Below, piece by piece: positions 20,001-30,038 of a stretch of DNA of 64,000 nt. How positions within the stretch are numbered: the first letter of the stretch is position 1; each line of letters starts with the position of its first letter. The notes beneath the pieces were generated by a model, which saw only the letters and a program-made list of their open reading frames with translations, ran no database searches and was not told the DNA's origin. The translations under genes were made by a program, and so were the position numbers. Origin of the DNA: a virus. Where the stretch lies: positions 1-64,000 of IMG/VR virus record IMGVR_UViG_3300024262_000018, one strand, 5' to 3'.

Positions 20001-23000
20001 ATCTGAGCTTCTTTTACCAATTGCTCTCTAGATAATTTTCTGGAGGCTACTCTAGCAGCATCTTGAATTGAAAATTCATCATCAGCTATCTCGCCTTCGT
20101 CAGCAATAGCGTCTAACTCTGTATCGCTTGGCTCAATATAATCTAAAGCCTCTGTAGCAGGAGCATCAACGTCATCGACGATATCAGGATCTTTTAGCCA
20201 TGTTCCAACTTGAGCAAAAGCTGTTTTTTCTTCCTCTGTTAGCATTGTTACATCTTTAAGTGTAGCTACAACTACGCCATTCTCTTCATCTATGTCAGCA
20301 TTAATCAATGCTGTAGTAATATCTGGGTCATTAATCTCTTTTTCTGCGACTTTAATAAGAGCATTTAAGAAACTAGCCTTTTTAACGCTATTCTCAGATG
20401 GTTCTACACCAATCTCTTTGAGATCAGCATGAACCTGATAAATTCCATCTTCCGGTCTATCTAATTCTCTAATGGCATTTTCCATTTGAGCGGTTTTATC
20501 GAGAACTTTCTCCATTTTGGGTTCATCATTAATTTTAGTTTTTACAAGGTTCTCTACCTGAGCCATGCCACTATCGCTATTGGCAACGACTTTAATAGCT
20601 GAGATAATATCATCAGCGCTATATCCGCCGATATATCCAGAGGCCGAAGTAATAAGAGCATCAACCGCCGATAGTGTCTTAACAGTTGAAGAAGCTATTT
20701 TCGAGAAATATGAATATCTATCTTTCTCGGCAACTCTTTCTGTTGACTTATGGGGCATAGCATTAATTAATGTTAAATACGCAGCCTTATCAAACGTCTT
20801 TGTGTTTTGATTGATAAAAGAGGCTGCTCTGACAACTTCTGAGGGCGATTTTCCAAAGAAAGCAATAGTGTCAGCGATAGCGTTCATAGCTATTTTAACA
20901 ATATCTTTTGTATTTGTAGACGCCCATCTATTAACCAAACCAGTTTTGCCCTCTAATTGCTTTTCAGTAATTACACCCCAGTCGTTAAAAGAGTGATGAG
21001 AGGTGAAATCAGCTAACTGCTTCTCTGTTATGCGGTCTTCCTGGCTCTCACTTAAAATAGAACCGACCAAACGACTAGTCTCGTTCCATTGTTTTTCAGT
21101 GATTACTTCAGGAAAATCATTCCAACGACTTACGTGGCCTTCAGTTATGCTAGCAAGCTGTTTTTCTGTAATAACATCATGAGATCCAAGACGAGCTTGC
21201 GGGCTTGTGCTTGTGGTCACATTCGGATTTGTATTAGAAGTCGGATTGTCTAGCTGCTTTTCTGTAATAACAGCAGGAGCATCATCCCACTTTTTCCCAG
21301 CACCCTCGGCGCTATCTAACTGTTTTTCTGTGATAACAGAAGTGTCGTGAGATGCGACTTTCTCATTATCATCTACATTGCTATTCTTAGTTGCCATTCT
21401 TGACTCCTTAATATTGTCTGTATCTTTATTATTATCGATAAATTTATCTAGCGACACAGCTAGAGTTTGCAGCCTGTTCTTGAAATTTCCAAATACTGTT
21501 AGAAAATCCTCTTTTTTTTCTTGATTATTTTCTGGATTTGAAGAAGTTTTTGGTAATGTTACAGATCCTATATCTCCTATAGGCTCTTGGATAGCTCCGC
21601 TATTGCCAGATGGCATAGGTGTTTTTTCTACTGGTGGGGCTGTTGGAGGAACAATCGTAGCTTCCGGCAAGCCTCCTGTTAATTCGGATCCGGTATCGCT
21701 TGCCATAATTTCTGGAGATGGTAGTTGAGCATAACCCATTTCTATCAATTCGTCCAATATCCCCTGCACACTTGCCATAGCCTCTACTAAATCGCTAACA
21801 TATTCCATAGAAACAAATTGTTTCTGGCTCATCATACTCTTAGCAACCTTTTCTATTTTACTCATTGCTTCAGCAAGATATTCCAGTTCTTTTCTGCCCG
21901 CGACTTTTGATAAACCACAACTATCTTCTTGTACGTCGCCATTCCCAAGTTTAGTAACCGACTCTCTAAGACACGCAACTTTTTTATTTAATTCTGATAC
22001 ATTAAAAATTTCATGCACTAAACAGGAATGACAAGCGGGATTAACTACAAAAGAGTCTTCAATAAATTTAACACCATAGTTATGTTCATAAATTTGAGCG
22101 TCTTTATGAACTAATTCTTTGGCTTCTGAGCCTTTACTGCCACAGATAGGACATGTATCTTGAGATTTTTCTTTACTTTTGTGATATTGGCATTTTATTG
22201 TACCGCTGAACTTTTTATTTTTTCTATGTTGAACATGATCACAATAATCATCAGCAACGGCAGAGGAATTATGACATATAGAGCACAAAGAATGGTGTAC
22301 CGAACAATTATGCGTAGCTATGTCGTTAATTATATAACTGTGATCGCTATTATTGTCTTCTAATTTTCCAACTTGGACATAATATGTTGTTTCTTCATTG
22401 GGTATGATCTCTACATTTTTAATTTTATGAGCCATATAGCAGTCATATAAAAATGAATCTGATTTAATTCTAATAGCTTTTAAATTGGTGTGTGCTTTAG
22501 AACTATATTTATTAAGAACAGCACTAATCCCATTTGTCATATATAACATATACTCAACATATTGTGTGCTTTGATCCATAACCGTAGAACTAGAAGCCGT
22601 TCTTTCATGTTTAGATAAACAGGCAGAAACGCCAAGTCTCATACATATAATACGCATTCCAGAAAGAAGATCAACTGATGCAGAAGATGCTTGCATGGCT
22701 CCTTGCCCAAAAGACTGTCCATCTTTTGTAGTTCTTTTTTTTACAGAACATCCATCTCCGTCCAGATACGCTCCGAGTATTAGTTTTTGTTGATTTTTCG
22801 GAAGAGATAATACATCGTTATGAAGCTTTTTCTCACGACTTCCTCTACCTACATATTTGTCACACAATTCAGCTAATTTTTCATTCCATGTAACAACATA
22901 TAAACCATTTCTTTCTAATTTCTCATCTATTCTTACTTTTGAATCAGGAAAGTTAGTTTTAAGAACATTCAACAATTTAATATAATGTTGACTTTCTTTA

Positions 23001-23926
23001 TCTTGCATTCCGAGACAAAATCCTACACTTTTTTCGTTTATATATCCTTCAGCAGCATATATCCCCAGCAAAAAAGCGATATCATCATTAATTTCATCTA
23101 CTATTATTTCTTTTTGAGGAACATATTCAAGTACATAGTCTCCGGGTTTAATTGATCTAGATTCAATAAATGATGGTTTTATTTCATCTCTAATTTCATT
23201 TGGAGTTTTTCTGTATAGTTTTTTAGATTTGTTAGTATAGTATATATCTTCTGATTTAATTGCTAATAATGGATGTTCATGACTTAAAGCTAATCCTTTT
23301 GTATTCCCATTCCATTTGACAAGATATAATTCATCGTGTTCTTGGGTTTTACAGACAGCTTCAATTTGTTCTTTTTTGCCTGTATGAGTTAGTACTGTAT
23401 CTCCTTTTTTAAGATCTTTAACTTCTTTCTTTGATCCATCTCCCATTAATACGAGGTCGTTTCCACGAGTTGCGCCCATGCTGGTCCCCACAATATATTT
23501 TTCCTCTATACCTCTAGCTAATTTTGGATAGGCAATCCTATCTACCATAGCCACAATAAAAATTCCACCAGCATCGTCATCATACCAAGCATGTACACAT
23601 TTACCGCGAGCTTTTTCTATATCATCATTTTGATGATTACAAAAAATTGGAACTCCGATAAATGAGTTAGCGGCTTTTTTTAATTCTGGACCACTAAAAC
23701 AATCACCATTATCGTTAATCTCGTCCTTTTTTATAGCAAAGATTTTAACGAATAGATGATCTGGATTATCTTTAATCGCCGCAGAAATATCGAATCCATT
23801 TAAATCCGTATCTTTTTTGATGGATGCGGTCTTAATAATACTCATATTAAATTCTTTCCAATCCGGAGAATTTAAGGCTTCTATGGGAAATGGATTATGA
23901 GTTCCAGCTCTTTTTGTTATTGCCAT
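17048..23926 (-). CDS. giant prohead protease/scaffold polyprotein with intein
   Basis: NDNGDCF, FIGVPIFCNHQNDD, SMG|intein|CSVHHSLCSIC, EDSFVVNPA protease motifs; ITEKQL repeats, Zn ribbons, acidic tracts; probable start MAITKRA. Confidence 0.8.
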   Translation of the reverse strand: MAITKRAGTHNPFPIEALNSPDWKEFNMSIIKTASIKKDTDLNGFDISAAIKDNPDHLFVKIFAIKKDEINDNGDCFSGPELKKAANSFIGVPIFCNHQNDDIEKARGKCVHAWYDDDAGGIFIVAMVDRIAYPKLARGIEEKYIVGTSMGATRGNDLVLMGDGSKKEVKDLKKGDTVLTHTGKKEQIEAVCKTQEHDELYLVKWNGNTKGLALSHEHPLLAIKSEDIYYTNKSKKLYRKTPNEIRDEIKPSFIESRSIKPGDYVLEYVPQKEIIVDEINDDIAFLLGIYAAEGYINEKSVGFCLGMQDKESQHYIKLLNVLKTNFPDSKVRIDEKLERNGLYVVTWNEKLAELCDKYVGRGSREKKLHNDVLSLPKNQQKLILGAYLDGDGCSVKKRTTKDGQSFGQGAMQASSASVDLLSGMRIICMRLGVSACLSKHERTASSSTVMDQSTQYVEYMLYMTNGISAVLNKYSSKAHTNLKAIRIKSDSFLYDCYMAHKIKNVEIIPNEETTYYVQVGKLEDNNSDHSYIINDIATHNCSVHHSLCSICHNSSAVADDYCDHVQHRKNKKFSGTIKCQYHKSKEKSQDTCPICGSKGSEAKELVHKDAQIYEHNYGVKFIEDSFVVNPACHSCLVHEIFNVSELNKKVACLRESVTKLGNGDVQEDSCGLSKVAGRKELEYLAEAMSKIEKVAKSMMSQKQFVSMEYVSDLVEAMASVQGILDELIEMGYAQLPSPEIMASDTGSELTGGLPEATIVPPTAPPVEKTPMPSGNSGAIQEPIGDIGSVTLPKTSSNPENNQEKKEDFLTVFGNFKNRLQTLAVSLDKFIDNNKDTDNIKESRMATKNSNVDDNEKVASHDTSVITEKQLDSAEGAGKKWDDAPAVITEKQLDNPTSNTNPNVTTSTSPQARLGSHDVITEKQLASITEGHVSRWNDFPEVITEKQWNETSRLVGSILSESQEDRITEKQLADFTSHHSFNDWGVITEKQLEGKTGLVNRWASTNTKDIVKIAMNAIADTIAFFGKSPSEVVRAASFINQNTKTFDKAAYLTLINAMPHKSTERVAEKDRYSYFSKIASSTVKTLSAVDALITSASGYIGGYSADDIISAIKVVANSDSGMAQVENLVKTKINDEPKMEKVLDKTAQMENAIRELDRPEDGIYQVHADLKEIGVEPSENSVKKASFLNALIKVAEKEINDPDITTALINADIDEENGVVVATLKDVTMLTEEEKTAFAQVGTWLKDPDIVDDVDAPATEALDYIEPSDTELDAIADEGEIADDEFSIQDAARVASRKLSREQLVKEAQMFGGQGGPGIGAEAPGMGGAGAGPGAGATLPQPPGGAEAPLESFEASDLSEGLEDEAGALEPAPPGSRCPVCTSNDVDIIKGEGRCNNCGSRFLVEVVIRVPEWAGLTGEKDDGEEESETPMGLEGEGFEAPIAEEPAPMAAAASIATSRMVKKASINVDRVALVTKIDPKAIKIASDQGISIGTVSPLTGTTNTLKIANNTFVCLDTGVPYNVEYAVDKKNAKNVYARWSWNPDVTAGCESCNRSKGRFVKALKEYGLSESEFDTLNIKDKGKTIIAMKDKGLLKAVKTASVKDGSVVKAYKAKLAAIDGNIFPIETCRQKLANRYGENAIALSGPCEGKPIYDCVCNSLKNAGFYSNGLAIKVADIWMEKEASVECVEDFVRMGFELKQASTICTAMKAKYAQMDDMLATELSNDSMDGDDGDGMLPDQFDTDDNFEDGEVEVDFIEADPFGADAEMGETVTIELPLDVVEQIDKALDIAHGENPEEEAHHQVDVPDVDVAIDVPGDAAEAIDEVVDDVLDTELGSEPSIEDDMEDDGQEDDFVEIPEENSEMDEETEEKEMYMTEKNTENEKNKEGNLCPCREEDKENDNDGVMNTEETDEPVEKEGDDDDDNDDDCMANTIENIEKEANQMKPGYVGQSSRINLDLTGVLAVLNKQAKSTEQQNAQDSPDIGKYKDGKPMANENALTEGGPSVPDNAGKAKIGNEEPKASDKLDIPAGSPPIGGEKDNKELTDGDTRMTGGEEGSGSDGAGHKAASVKERISDLAGRILQATDDIKKTKTSAPKEKKMAPKKPVADDKDIQPISGDSTIGDEDKFTADDPGKVKSDSGFIGKEKETLKSKPDEPKDQPSFPAGGGKMKTDTNDPEKQEQDKGTVIAESSQKQVEAATKLAGKMLAAGNISVDDLATKIKELSSYKVATISDLEKSLFATKKGLTAASDGLESPVIISEASAVPRETLKSQLQGMFSLDHKNKQAQEFRLL
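22307..23473 (-). mobile_element. LAGLIDADG intein starting with Ala, in the protease SMG|C motif
   Basis: ATRGNDLVLMGDG...LSHEHP...FLLGIYAAEG...LGAYLDGDG...IATHN|C. Confidence 0.85.
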
Positions 23927-23990
23927 TTTTATAATTCCTAACAATTATATACTTTTATTAAAGTATTGTATTATCGATAAAAATCCTTTA

Positions 23991-24635
23991 TTAAATATCA
24001 AAGTCTTTCGGGTTTGTTGCAAAGATGTTTTCAATTGCTCCCCCTACTTCTTTAATAATCAGCATTTTCTCTTCTCCGATATCACAATTCTCTTCTTTAA
24101 AATGGACCCCGAGATACCCTATAAGACGTTCTCCAATAAGTAATCTATATTTACCGAAAGTTTTAATTCCTAAACTTGACAAGTGATTATAAAGGAATCC
24201 GCCATTCAAAAGACCTTTAGAGCATTTCATAACCGGTCTATTTGTTTTCTTAGATTGAGAGACTATCTCCATCGCTCCCGGTATCAGTGAAGTTAAAATG
24301 TTTTGACAAGATATAAATTCATGAGAAACTCCCTGCATGCAAGTTTCATGAGTTTTAGAAACCTTTTTTATAGCAGTTCCATCAAAATATTCCTCACCAT
24401 TATGAAATTTAGAGATATAAACTCTTTCTGCCCCAATCTTAACGCGTAATTCCGCCAGCTTATCTTGTATTTTAATATCTCTCGCTAGCGTATCTAGCGG
24501 GTTATAGTTCTTCTGGAATTTTTTTCCATATTTGTCACTTAATTTCTCCTTTATTTTAGGCAAGATGGATAAGATAACCCCACCGATAAAGGCCCCTGCG
24601 ATAATCGCTATAAATATAAAAGTTTGAAGCTCCAT
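23991..24635 (-). CDS. putative holin-like protein (N-terminal TM plus GAF-like domain, T4 T-type architecture)
   Basis: single N-terminal TM; RVYISKFHNG...KVSKTHE...GVS...IGYLGVHF. Confidence 0.5.
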   Translation of the reverse strand: MELQTFIFIAIIAGAFIGGVILSILPKIKEKLSDKYGKKFQKNYNPLDTLARDIKIQDKLAELRVKIGAERVYISKFHNGEEYFDGTAIKKVSKTHETCMQGVSHEFISCQNILTSLIPGAMEIVSQSKKTNRPVMKCSKGLLNGGFLYNHLSSLGIKTFGKYRLLIGERLIGYLGVHFKEENCDIGEEKMLIIKEVGGAIENIFATNPKDFDI

Positions 24636-24669
24636 TATTTTTTCCTTATTCTAACAAATTAATAAATTA

Positions 24670-25131
24670 CTAAGCTTTGATGCGTCTTGGAATCTTTTTA
24701 TTTGCTAAATCGGCAAGAGTCATATTAGTCTGGTGAGGAGGAAACTGCACCCCCCACATCTGGCTTGCATGCCTCAAAGCAGATAGCAAACTTGGAAAAT
24801 ACTTTCCACTTGGAGCATAAACTTTTTTACGTTCGTGTTTAGGAGGTAATTTTTTAATTCCAGCAAAGAATGCTACTTCTCCATATTTTTTCTTGGCCGG
24901 TCCAACAACTACAAAATAATCAGAATTTGTAGTGTAATCGTGCCCCTCCCATCTTCGATAAGCTCCCTCTCCTATATCTTTGTCAAATCTTTTTTTAAGG
25001 GGAAGAGATTTTTCTGAGTAATGTTCTTTCCACCTTATACCCCTATCTCTAATTCTTTTTCTTTTATTAGTAGATAAGTATGTGGCGTATTTACATAGAT
25101 TATAAAAAGATCTTATCATTTTATTGCCCAA
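24670..25131 (-). CDS. hypothetical basic protein
   Basis: overlaps the portal stop. Confidence 0.7.
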   Translation of the reverse strand: MGNKMIRSFYNLCKYATYLSTNKRKRIRDRGIRWKEHYSEKSLPLKKRFDKDIGEGAYRRWEGHDYTTNSDYFVVVGPAKKKYGEVAFFAGIKKLPPKHERKKVYAPSGKYFPSLLSALRHASQMWGVQFPPHQTNMTLADLANKKIPRRIKA

Positions 25132-28100
25132 TTAGATATAAACAACCTAAGTCGTCCTCTAATACTATTTTATTATAAACTATATTATCCTTTGACAAAT
25201 TCTCAAATGTTAATATATTCGCTATTTTTTCTAATGGGTCTCCAGAAGATTTTTTATTGAATCTCTTTTTCTGATCGGCAGAAGCAGCAGCGATTTGTTG
25301 GTCTATAATACTTTTAATGGCATCGGGTTGCTGCTGGATCGCGTCTTCTTTGAATCTTAAAATTCTCCAACCAATATTAGCTAATTTCTGATCCCTCTGG
25401 TTATCTCTTATCTTAGAATCTACGTTCTCATGCCAGGCTTTTCCATCCGCCTCAATCCCGACTCCAAGAGCAGGGTAAGCAAAGTCCATAACGAATGGCT
25501 GGTTCTCTCCTGTCGGCTGTACTGCATACTGTAAATATAGTTGCTGGGAAATATCTACTCCCTGTATTATTTTATATAATTTTTGCTCTAAAGTCGTTAA
25601 CTTGATAAAGCGAGGAGCAGCAGGCTTCATCTGTTCATCTAATTTCTTGCCACCATGTCCCTTTTTTCCTACTTTAAAGTTAGAAGGGAGAGCTCCTGCA
25701 CTCGGACCCATACCACCGGCTGCACCTGGAGCCATTGGAGCCCCGCCAGCACCTCCCGGCATCCCGCCCTCCATACCTCCTGGCATGCCGCCCGGCATAC
25801 CGCCCGGCATACCGCCCATATCAGCCCCACCAAGACCTTCTGGCATCGGAGGAGCGCCACCGAGACCGCCCAGATCTCCCATGCCACCCATACCCGGCAT
25901 ACCGCCGCCACCTGGCATTTGCCCTTGCGGTCCTGCGACAACTTGCTCTTCTCGCAATCTTTCGACTTCTTGATCATAATCAACATCAAATTCTTGCAAT
26001 AGTTTTTGGCTACTAATCAGTTGCTTATCATGTAGCTGCATCATCAGTTGTAAGTGCCCACTTTTGTCTCTAAGATTCAAATCTTCCCATTTCAGTTTGG
26101 GATATAGAAACTCTGTTTCGCCTAACTCTTCTGAATCTTTCTCATTAATGAATCCCTGCATCATAGCAACAGGAAGGAAAATGTGATTTTCAACCCATTC
26201 TGCTAAAGTGGTTCGCCAACTCTCTAATCTCCGAATCATCGTTTCAACGCCGACTTGGGCAGAAGAATAACTATTTCCCTGTATTGTTATTTTACCATTT
26301 CTCTTTGTTACGAAAAGCCCATGTGGAACTTCGAAACAATAAACCTTGCCAGAATAATCTATTTGTGAGATTTCATCTAAAGTTAAATTTATCATTTCAA
26401 TATTCTGACAATTGCCATCAAAACCATTTGTAATTCCAAGTATCTTCGCTCGTCTTCTAACATCTTGAGCATCTACAAATCTAAAACCATCGTGTTCCCG
26501 AGGCTGTATCCACATTCTATGGTTAGGAGTAGTTAAAATATCAATTTTATCAGTTTTAAATTTTATCATTTTTCCAGAATAGTCATATACGTTTTTATTG
26601 ATAAAATTATGATATTCTAACATTTTTGTTTCAGGATTATAACAAGCGATTTTATCATTTTCATCTATGTCAAAATGATTTTTAAAACCATCATCTGTTA
26701 GCGTCAGTGTTTCTTCGTCATGACAGCTCATTTCTCCGTTCAATAAAGCTTGATTAAGCATCAATCCATCAAGAATTTCTTTGCCGATTTGTTCAAGTTC
26801 GGCAGTAATGTTGTGTATTTTGCCGGTGTTGCCCTGTATCGCAACTCTTCCGTTTCTCATTGTAACGAAGAAGCCAGTAGAAGTTGTATAGCACCAAACC
26901 TTGCCTTTATAATATTTAGATTTAATATGTTCCTGTTTAATACGAGGGAACCTCCCCTTCCCGGTATTAGTTAAATTACAATTTACAACAAATTGTTTAT
27001 CTTTTTTGTAAGGACTTAATACAGGAGAATAACCAGCCTTAAACATTATTTCTACAAGATCGTTAGCTAAATGCTCAGAATCGGTCCCGCACTGAACAGC
27101 CTCTGTCGTTTTATAAAAATATCTACTTGCATCTCCATTGCAATAAGAATCTATAAATATTTTTAATTTTTCTGGAGGCAAATTTTTAATAAATTGAGGT
27201 ATTTTTTTATTATTAGAATTTGTTCCAAACCATTCCTTAAGAACCTTTACCACTTCTTTTATTAAAATGTCCCAAGTTGTTACTCTTCCCTCATAAGCAT
27301 ATTTATGATATTTAATCCCCAATTTTCCCATAATTTGATCTATTTCATCACAAATGTCAGCATTTTTTTCAGGACATTGAGAAAATGAAAGCCTATACGC
27401 TCTTTTATCTTTATCAAATATAGAATATCCTTCTGCAACATAATATCCAGCAAATTTAAGAAATGGTTCTATATCTACATCGTGTCCCGCAATATGAACA
27501 GACTCTATATCTTGATCAGAAATATAATCTGCTACGCATCGAACATAACTGTCTCCATGACCCGCAATCTTAGCAAACTTACGAGCTTCCATTGTATAAG
27601 CTGTTTTTTTGTCACGCTTATATCCTAACATTTTGTGATTAGGAGTTACGCACATATCTATTTTATTACCCTTAAACTCTACCATATAATTATCGAAATC
27701 ATATACATGCAAAGCCTCAGGTTCCTCATATCTCATTTCATTAGAGTCTGGATCAAAGACCATAATTTCGTCATTTTCTTCTATATCCCAGTAATTTTTC
27801 CATCCTCCAGATTTACATAAAGCCTTAGTATCACTGGAGTTACAGGCCCCGTACCATTCATAGTCAAAAGCGTGGTGGGTAACTAGGGTCAAGTTTGGAT
27901 CATTTGCAACAGCAGTGATTTGGTTAGAGACATCCATAATATCTGCTGCTGTAGCTGGACGCTCTTTATCTCCGATTTTAATAACTCTAACTGGCAGAAT
28001 AAGTCTTTCAGCGACGATCCAGTTAGCTGTCATTAATTTTGTTTTATATGCTAATATAGTGAATAATCTTCTAAGTAGAGACGTTCCATAGATCCCATAT

Positions 28101-30022
28101 GGACTAGCATTGTGTTTAATATGGCTAACACATCTATTTGATAGAGGTATTGGTCTTCCATTCGACACCATATCTATAAGTCTTTTAGGCAATCTGCGAT
28201 ATATTTGTATTGGATCTTTTTTAGAAACTATTTGTCTCAATTCTTCATCAGGAACTAATGTTATACTGGGCTCGCTCGCTAAAACATTGCTTTGAACTTC
28301 TATCCAATCTGGGTTTAAAACAACAAGTCGTTTTATTGTTCCTCCGGGGTGATTGCAGGGTTCTCCATCTGATTTAACATTTGTCCCATTACAAACGCCA
28401 CACTGGATTTCGGTAAAGGGGAATACATCTCCAATCATGAAATACTCATGACTTATCAATTTAAGCCAATGATTTAATTTTAAGTCTTTAACTAATCTTT
28501 CATAGTACTTAAGAACTTTCTTATTAGAGCATTCTAAAGTGAAGCCATTCATGGAAAAGTTCGAATAAAAATCGACGCCAGCGGCGATTTTTGGCTCATT
28601 TTCGTAGTAGAAACGACTATTTTTTACTACAATATTTTCAGCAATATAGCTATTATCTTGGTCAATTTCGATATTATATACAAACCCGCTATAAGGGACC
28701 GTATATACATCTTGTATTTTTCTAGCTATATAATTTTCATCTATTTTTCTTACACCTTTAAAATTACCATTTTTCGTTTTAAGATTTTCTTTATCTTTAA
28801 TTTTTTCTATTTTATTCTTTTCGCAAGCCCCTTTTGGCAATAAAATATGATAATGTGTAATATCATCTTTTGTTACTTGATCGTATAATTTAAATTCTAT
28901 ACCAAGTCTCATACAAAGAAAACAAATTTGTTGAGACATATCTTTGCTAGCAGAGACAAGTTCCAAGTACCCCCATTTTTTATTAACATGTCCGTCGCCA
29001 GTAAATAGTCCTGTTAGAAATGATGAAATACTATCTAGGGGAAGTCGAATCAAATTATCATTTAATTTTTTATTTCTCGCTCCATGCCCCACAAAAGAAT
29101 AGCACAGGTCGGCAAGACTCTTGTTATAGATATGAATATCCCAAGAATTATTTATTCCATTTATCCCTCTATTGGGATATATATTAATTTTACAATTATA
29201 ATATTTATTAACTATTTCTTTTAATTTTTTTATTACATTTTCTTCTGTTTTAGATATTGTTAGGCGTATTCCTTTGGGTCGTTTAGTGTCTTTATATTCA
29301 TACCAAGCAATGCAGCCTTCAGCAGCGTACAGACCAAGTAAAAAGCAAATATCTTGATTTAGTAAAATATCTTTATTCTCCTCAACCTTAACTATCGGTG
29401 TAAAAAGATAATCCCCAACTTCAATTTTTGATGAAGGAGTCCAATCTATATCTTTAGGTTGATTATCATACTCTGCAAATTGATTTATGAGTTCAGAAGA
29501 GGCAATTTTACTTTTTGAACAACCAACAAGTTCTTTTATATTCTCTTTTGATAAATGTAATATCTTATGATTTCCTGTTATATTAATCTTTCTTTTTAAC
29601 CCACAAGAAGATATGCGATAAATATCTTCATTAACATATCTTTTCCCCTTATCTATTACTTTTCTCGACTGTCCAGTATGACTAATAACACAATCTCCGA
29701 CATTCACTTCAGATATCGGTTTTGATGTCCCATCGCTCATAAGTATTAACGTTTCAGGGACTAAACACCACATATATACTTCTCTTCTTTTTGAAGCGAT
29801 TTGCCAATTCTGCGGAGTATGCAGTGGAGAGAAGAACATTGGTTGAGCCATAGTCACATTCGCGGCTGAGCCTGCGAACTGAGCATTTTTAGTAATAGGC
29901 AGATTAGCAGTAACACTGCTAGAATAATGAGTTTTATCAGAATTCCCAGTTTTTACTATGTTATTGGAATTTGATATCTTATCCTGCGTAGCTTTATTTG
30001 GTATGGAGAATTTTAGTGGCAT
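25121..30022 (-). CDS. portal protein with three inteins, Gly/Met/Pro linker and C-terminal DUF559/Vsr-like nuclease domain
   Basis: exteins RFYYENEPKIAAGVDFY, LNPDWIEV, YGTSLLRR, SSAQVGVE, PKLKWEDLNL; C-terminal MDFAYP..GIEADGKAWH..RDQKLANIGWRILRF. Confidence 0.85.
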   Translation of the reverse strand: MPLKFSIPNKATQDKISNSNNIVKTGNSDKTHYSSSVTANLPITKNAQFAGSAANVTMAQPMFFSPLHTPQNWQIASKRREVYMWCLVPETLILMSDGTSKPISEVNVGDCVISHTGQSRKVIDKGKRYVNEDIYRISSCGLKRKINITGNHKILHLSKENIKELVGCSKSKIASSELINQFAEYDNQPKDIDWTPSSKIEVGDYLFTPIVKVEENKDILLNQDICFLLGLYAAEGCIAWYEYKDTKRPKGIRLTISKTEENVIKKLKEIVNKYYNCKINIYPNRGINGINNSWDIHIYNKSLADLCYSFVGHGARNKKLNDNLIRLPLDSISSFLTGLFTGDGHVNKKWGYLELVSASKDMSQQICFLCMRLGIEFKLYDQVTKDDITHYHILLPKGACEKNKIEKIKDKENLKTKNGNFKGVRKIDENYIARKIQDVYTVPYSGFVYNIEIDQDNSYIAENIVVKNSRFYYENEPKIAAGVDFYSNFSMNGFTLECSNKKVLKYYERLVKDLKLNHWLKLISHEYFMIGDVFPFTEIQCGVCNGTNVKSDGEPCNHPGGTIKRLVVLNPDWIEVQSNVLASEPSITLVPDEELRQIVSKKDPIQIYRRLPKRLIDMVSNGRPIPLSNRCVSHIKHNASPYGIYGTSLLRRLFTILAYKTKLMTANWIVAERLILPVRVIKIGDKERPATAADIMDVSNQITAVANDPNLTLVTHHAFDYEWYGACNSSDTKALCKSGGWKNYWDIEENDEIMVFDPDSNEMRYEEPEALHVYDFDNYMVEFKGNKIDMCVTPNHKMLGYKRDKKTAYTMEARKFAKIAGHGDSYVRCVADYISDQDIESVHIAGHDVDIEPFLKFAGYYVAEGYSIFDKDKRAYRLSFSQCPEKNADICDEIDQIMGKLGIKYHKYAYEGRVTTWDILIKEVVKVLKEWFGTNSNNKKIPQFIKNLPPEKLKIFIDSYCNGDASRYFYKTTEAVQCGTDSEHLANDLVEIMFKAGYSPVLSPYKKDKQFVVNCNLTNTGKGRFPRIKQEHIKSKYYKGKVWCYTTSTGFFVTMRNGRVAIQGNTGKIHNITAELEQIGKEILDGLMLNQALLNGEMSCHDEETLTLTDDGFKNHFDIDENDKIACYNPETKMLEYHNFINKNVYDYSGKMIKFKTDKIDILTTPNHRMWIQPREHDGFRFVDAQDVRRRAKILGITNGFDGNCQNIEMINLTLDEISQIDYSGKVYCFEVPHGLFVTKRNGKITIQGNSYSSAQVGVETMIRRLESWRTTLAEWVENHIFLPVAMMQGFINEKDSEELGETEFLYPKLKWEDLNLRDKSGHLQLMMQLHDKQLISSQKLLQEFDVDYDQEVERLREEQVVAGPQGQMPGGGGMPGMGGMGDLGGLGGAPPMPEGLGGADMGGMPGGMPGGMPGGMEGGMPGGAGGAPMAPGAAGGMGPSAGALPSNFKVGKKGHGGKKLDEQMKPAAPRFIKLTTLEQKLYKIIQGVDISQQLYLQYAVQPTGENQPFVMDFAYPALGVGIEADGKAWHENVDSKIRDNQRDQKLANIGWRILRFKEDAIQQQPDAIKSIIDQQIAAASADQKKRFNKKSSGDPLEKIANILTFENLSKDNIVYNKIVLEDDLGCLYLIGQ
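26273..26725 (-). mobile_element. portal intein 3 (mini-intein, no endonuclease)
   Basis: CHDEETLTLT...TTPNH...VYCFEV...IQGN|S, 151 aa. Confidence 0.9.
26828..27844 (-). mobile_element. portal intein 2 (LAGLIDADG)
   Basis: CNSSDTKAL...VTPNH...AGYYVAEG...VWCYT...IQGN|T. Confidence 0.9.
28619..29767 (-). mobile_element. portal intein 1 (LAGLIDADG)
   Basis: CLVPETLILMSDG...ITGNH...LLGLYAAEG...FTGDG...VYNIEI...VVKN|S. Confidence 0.9.
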
Positions 30023-30038
30023 TTATATATCCTTAATA

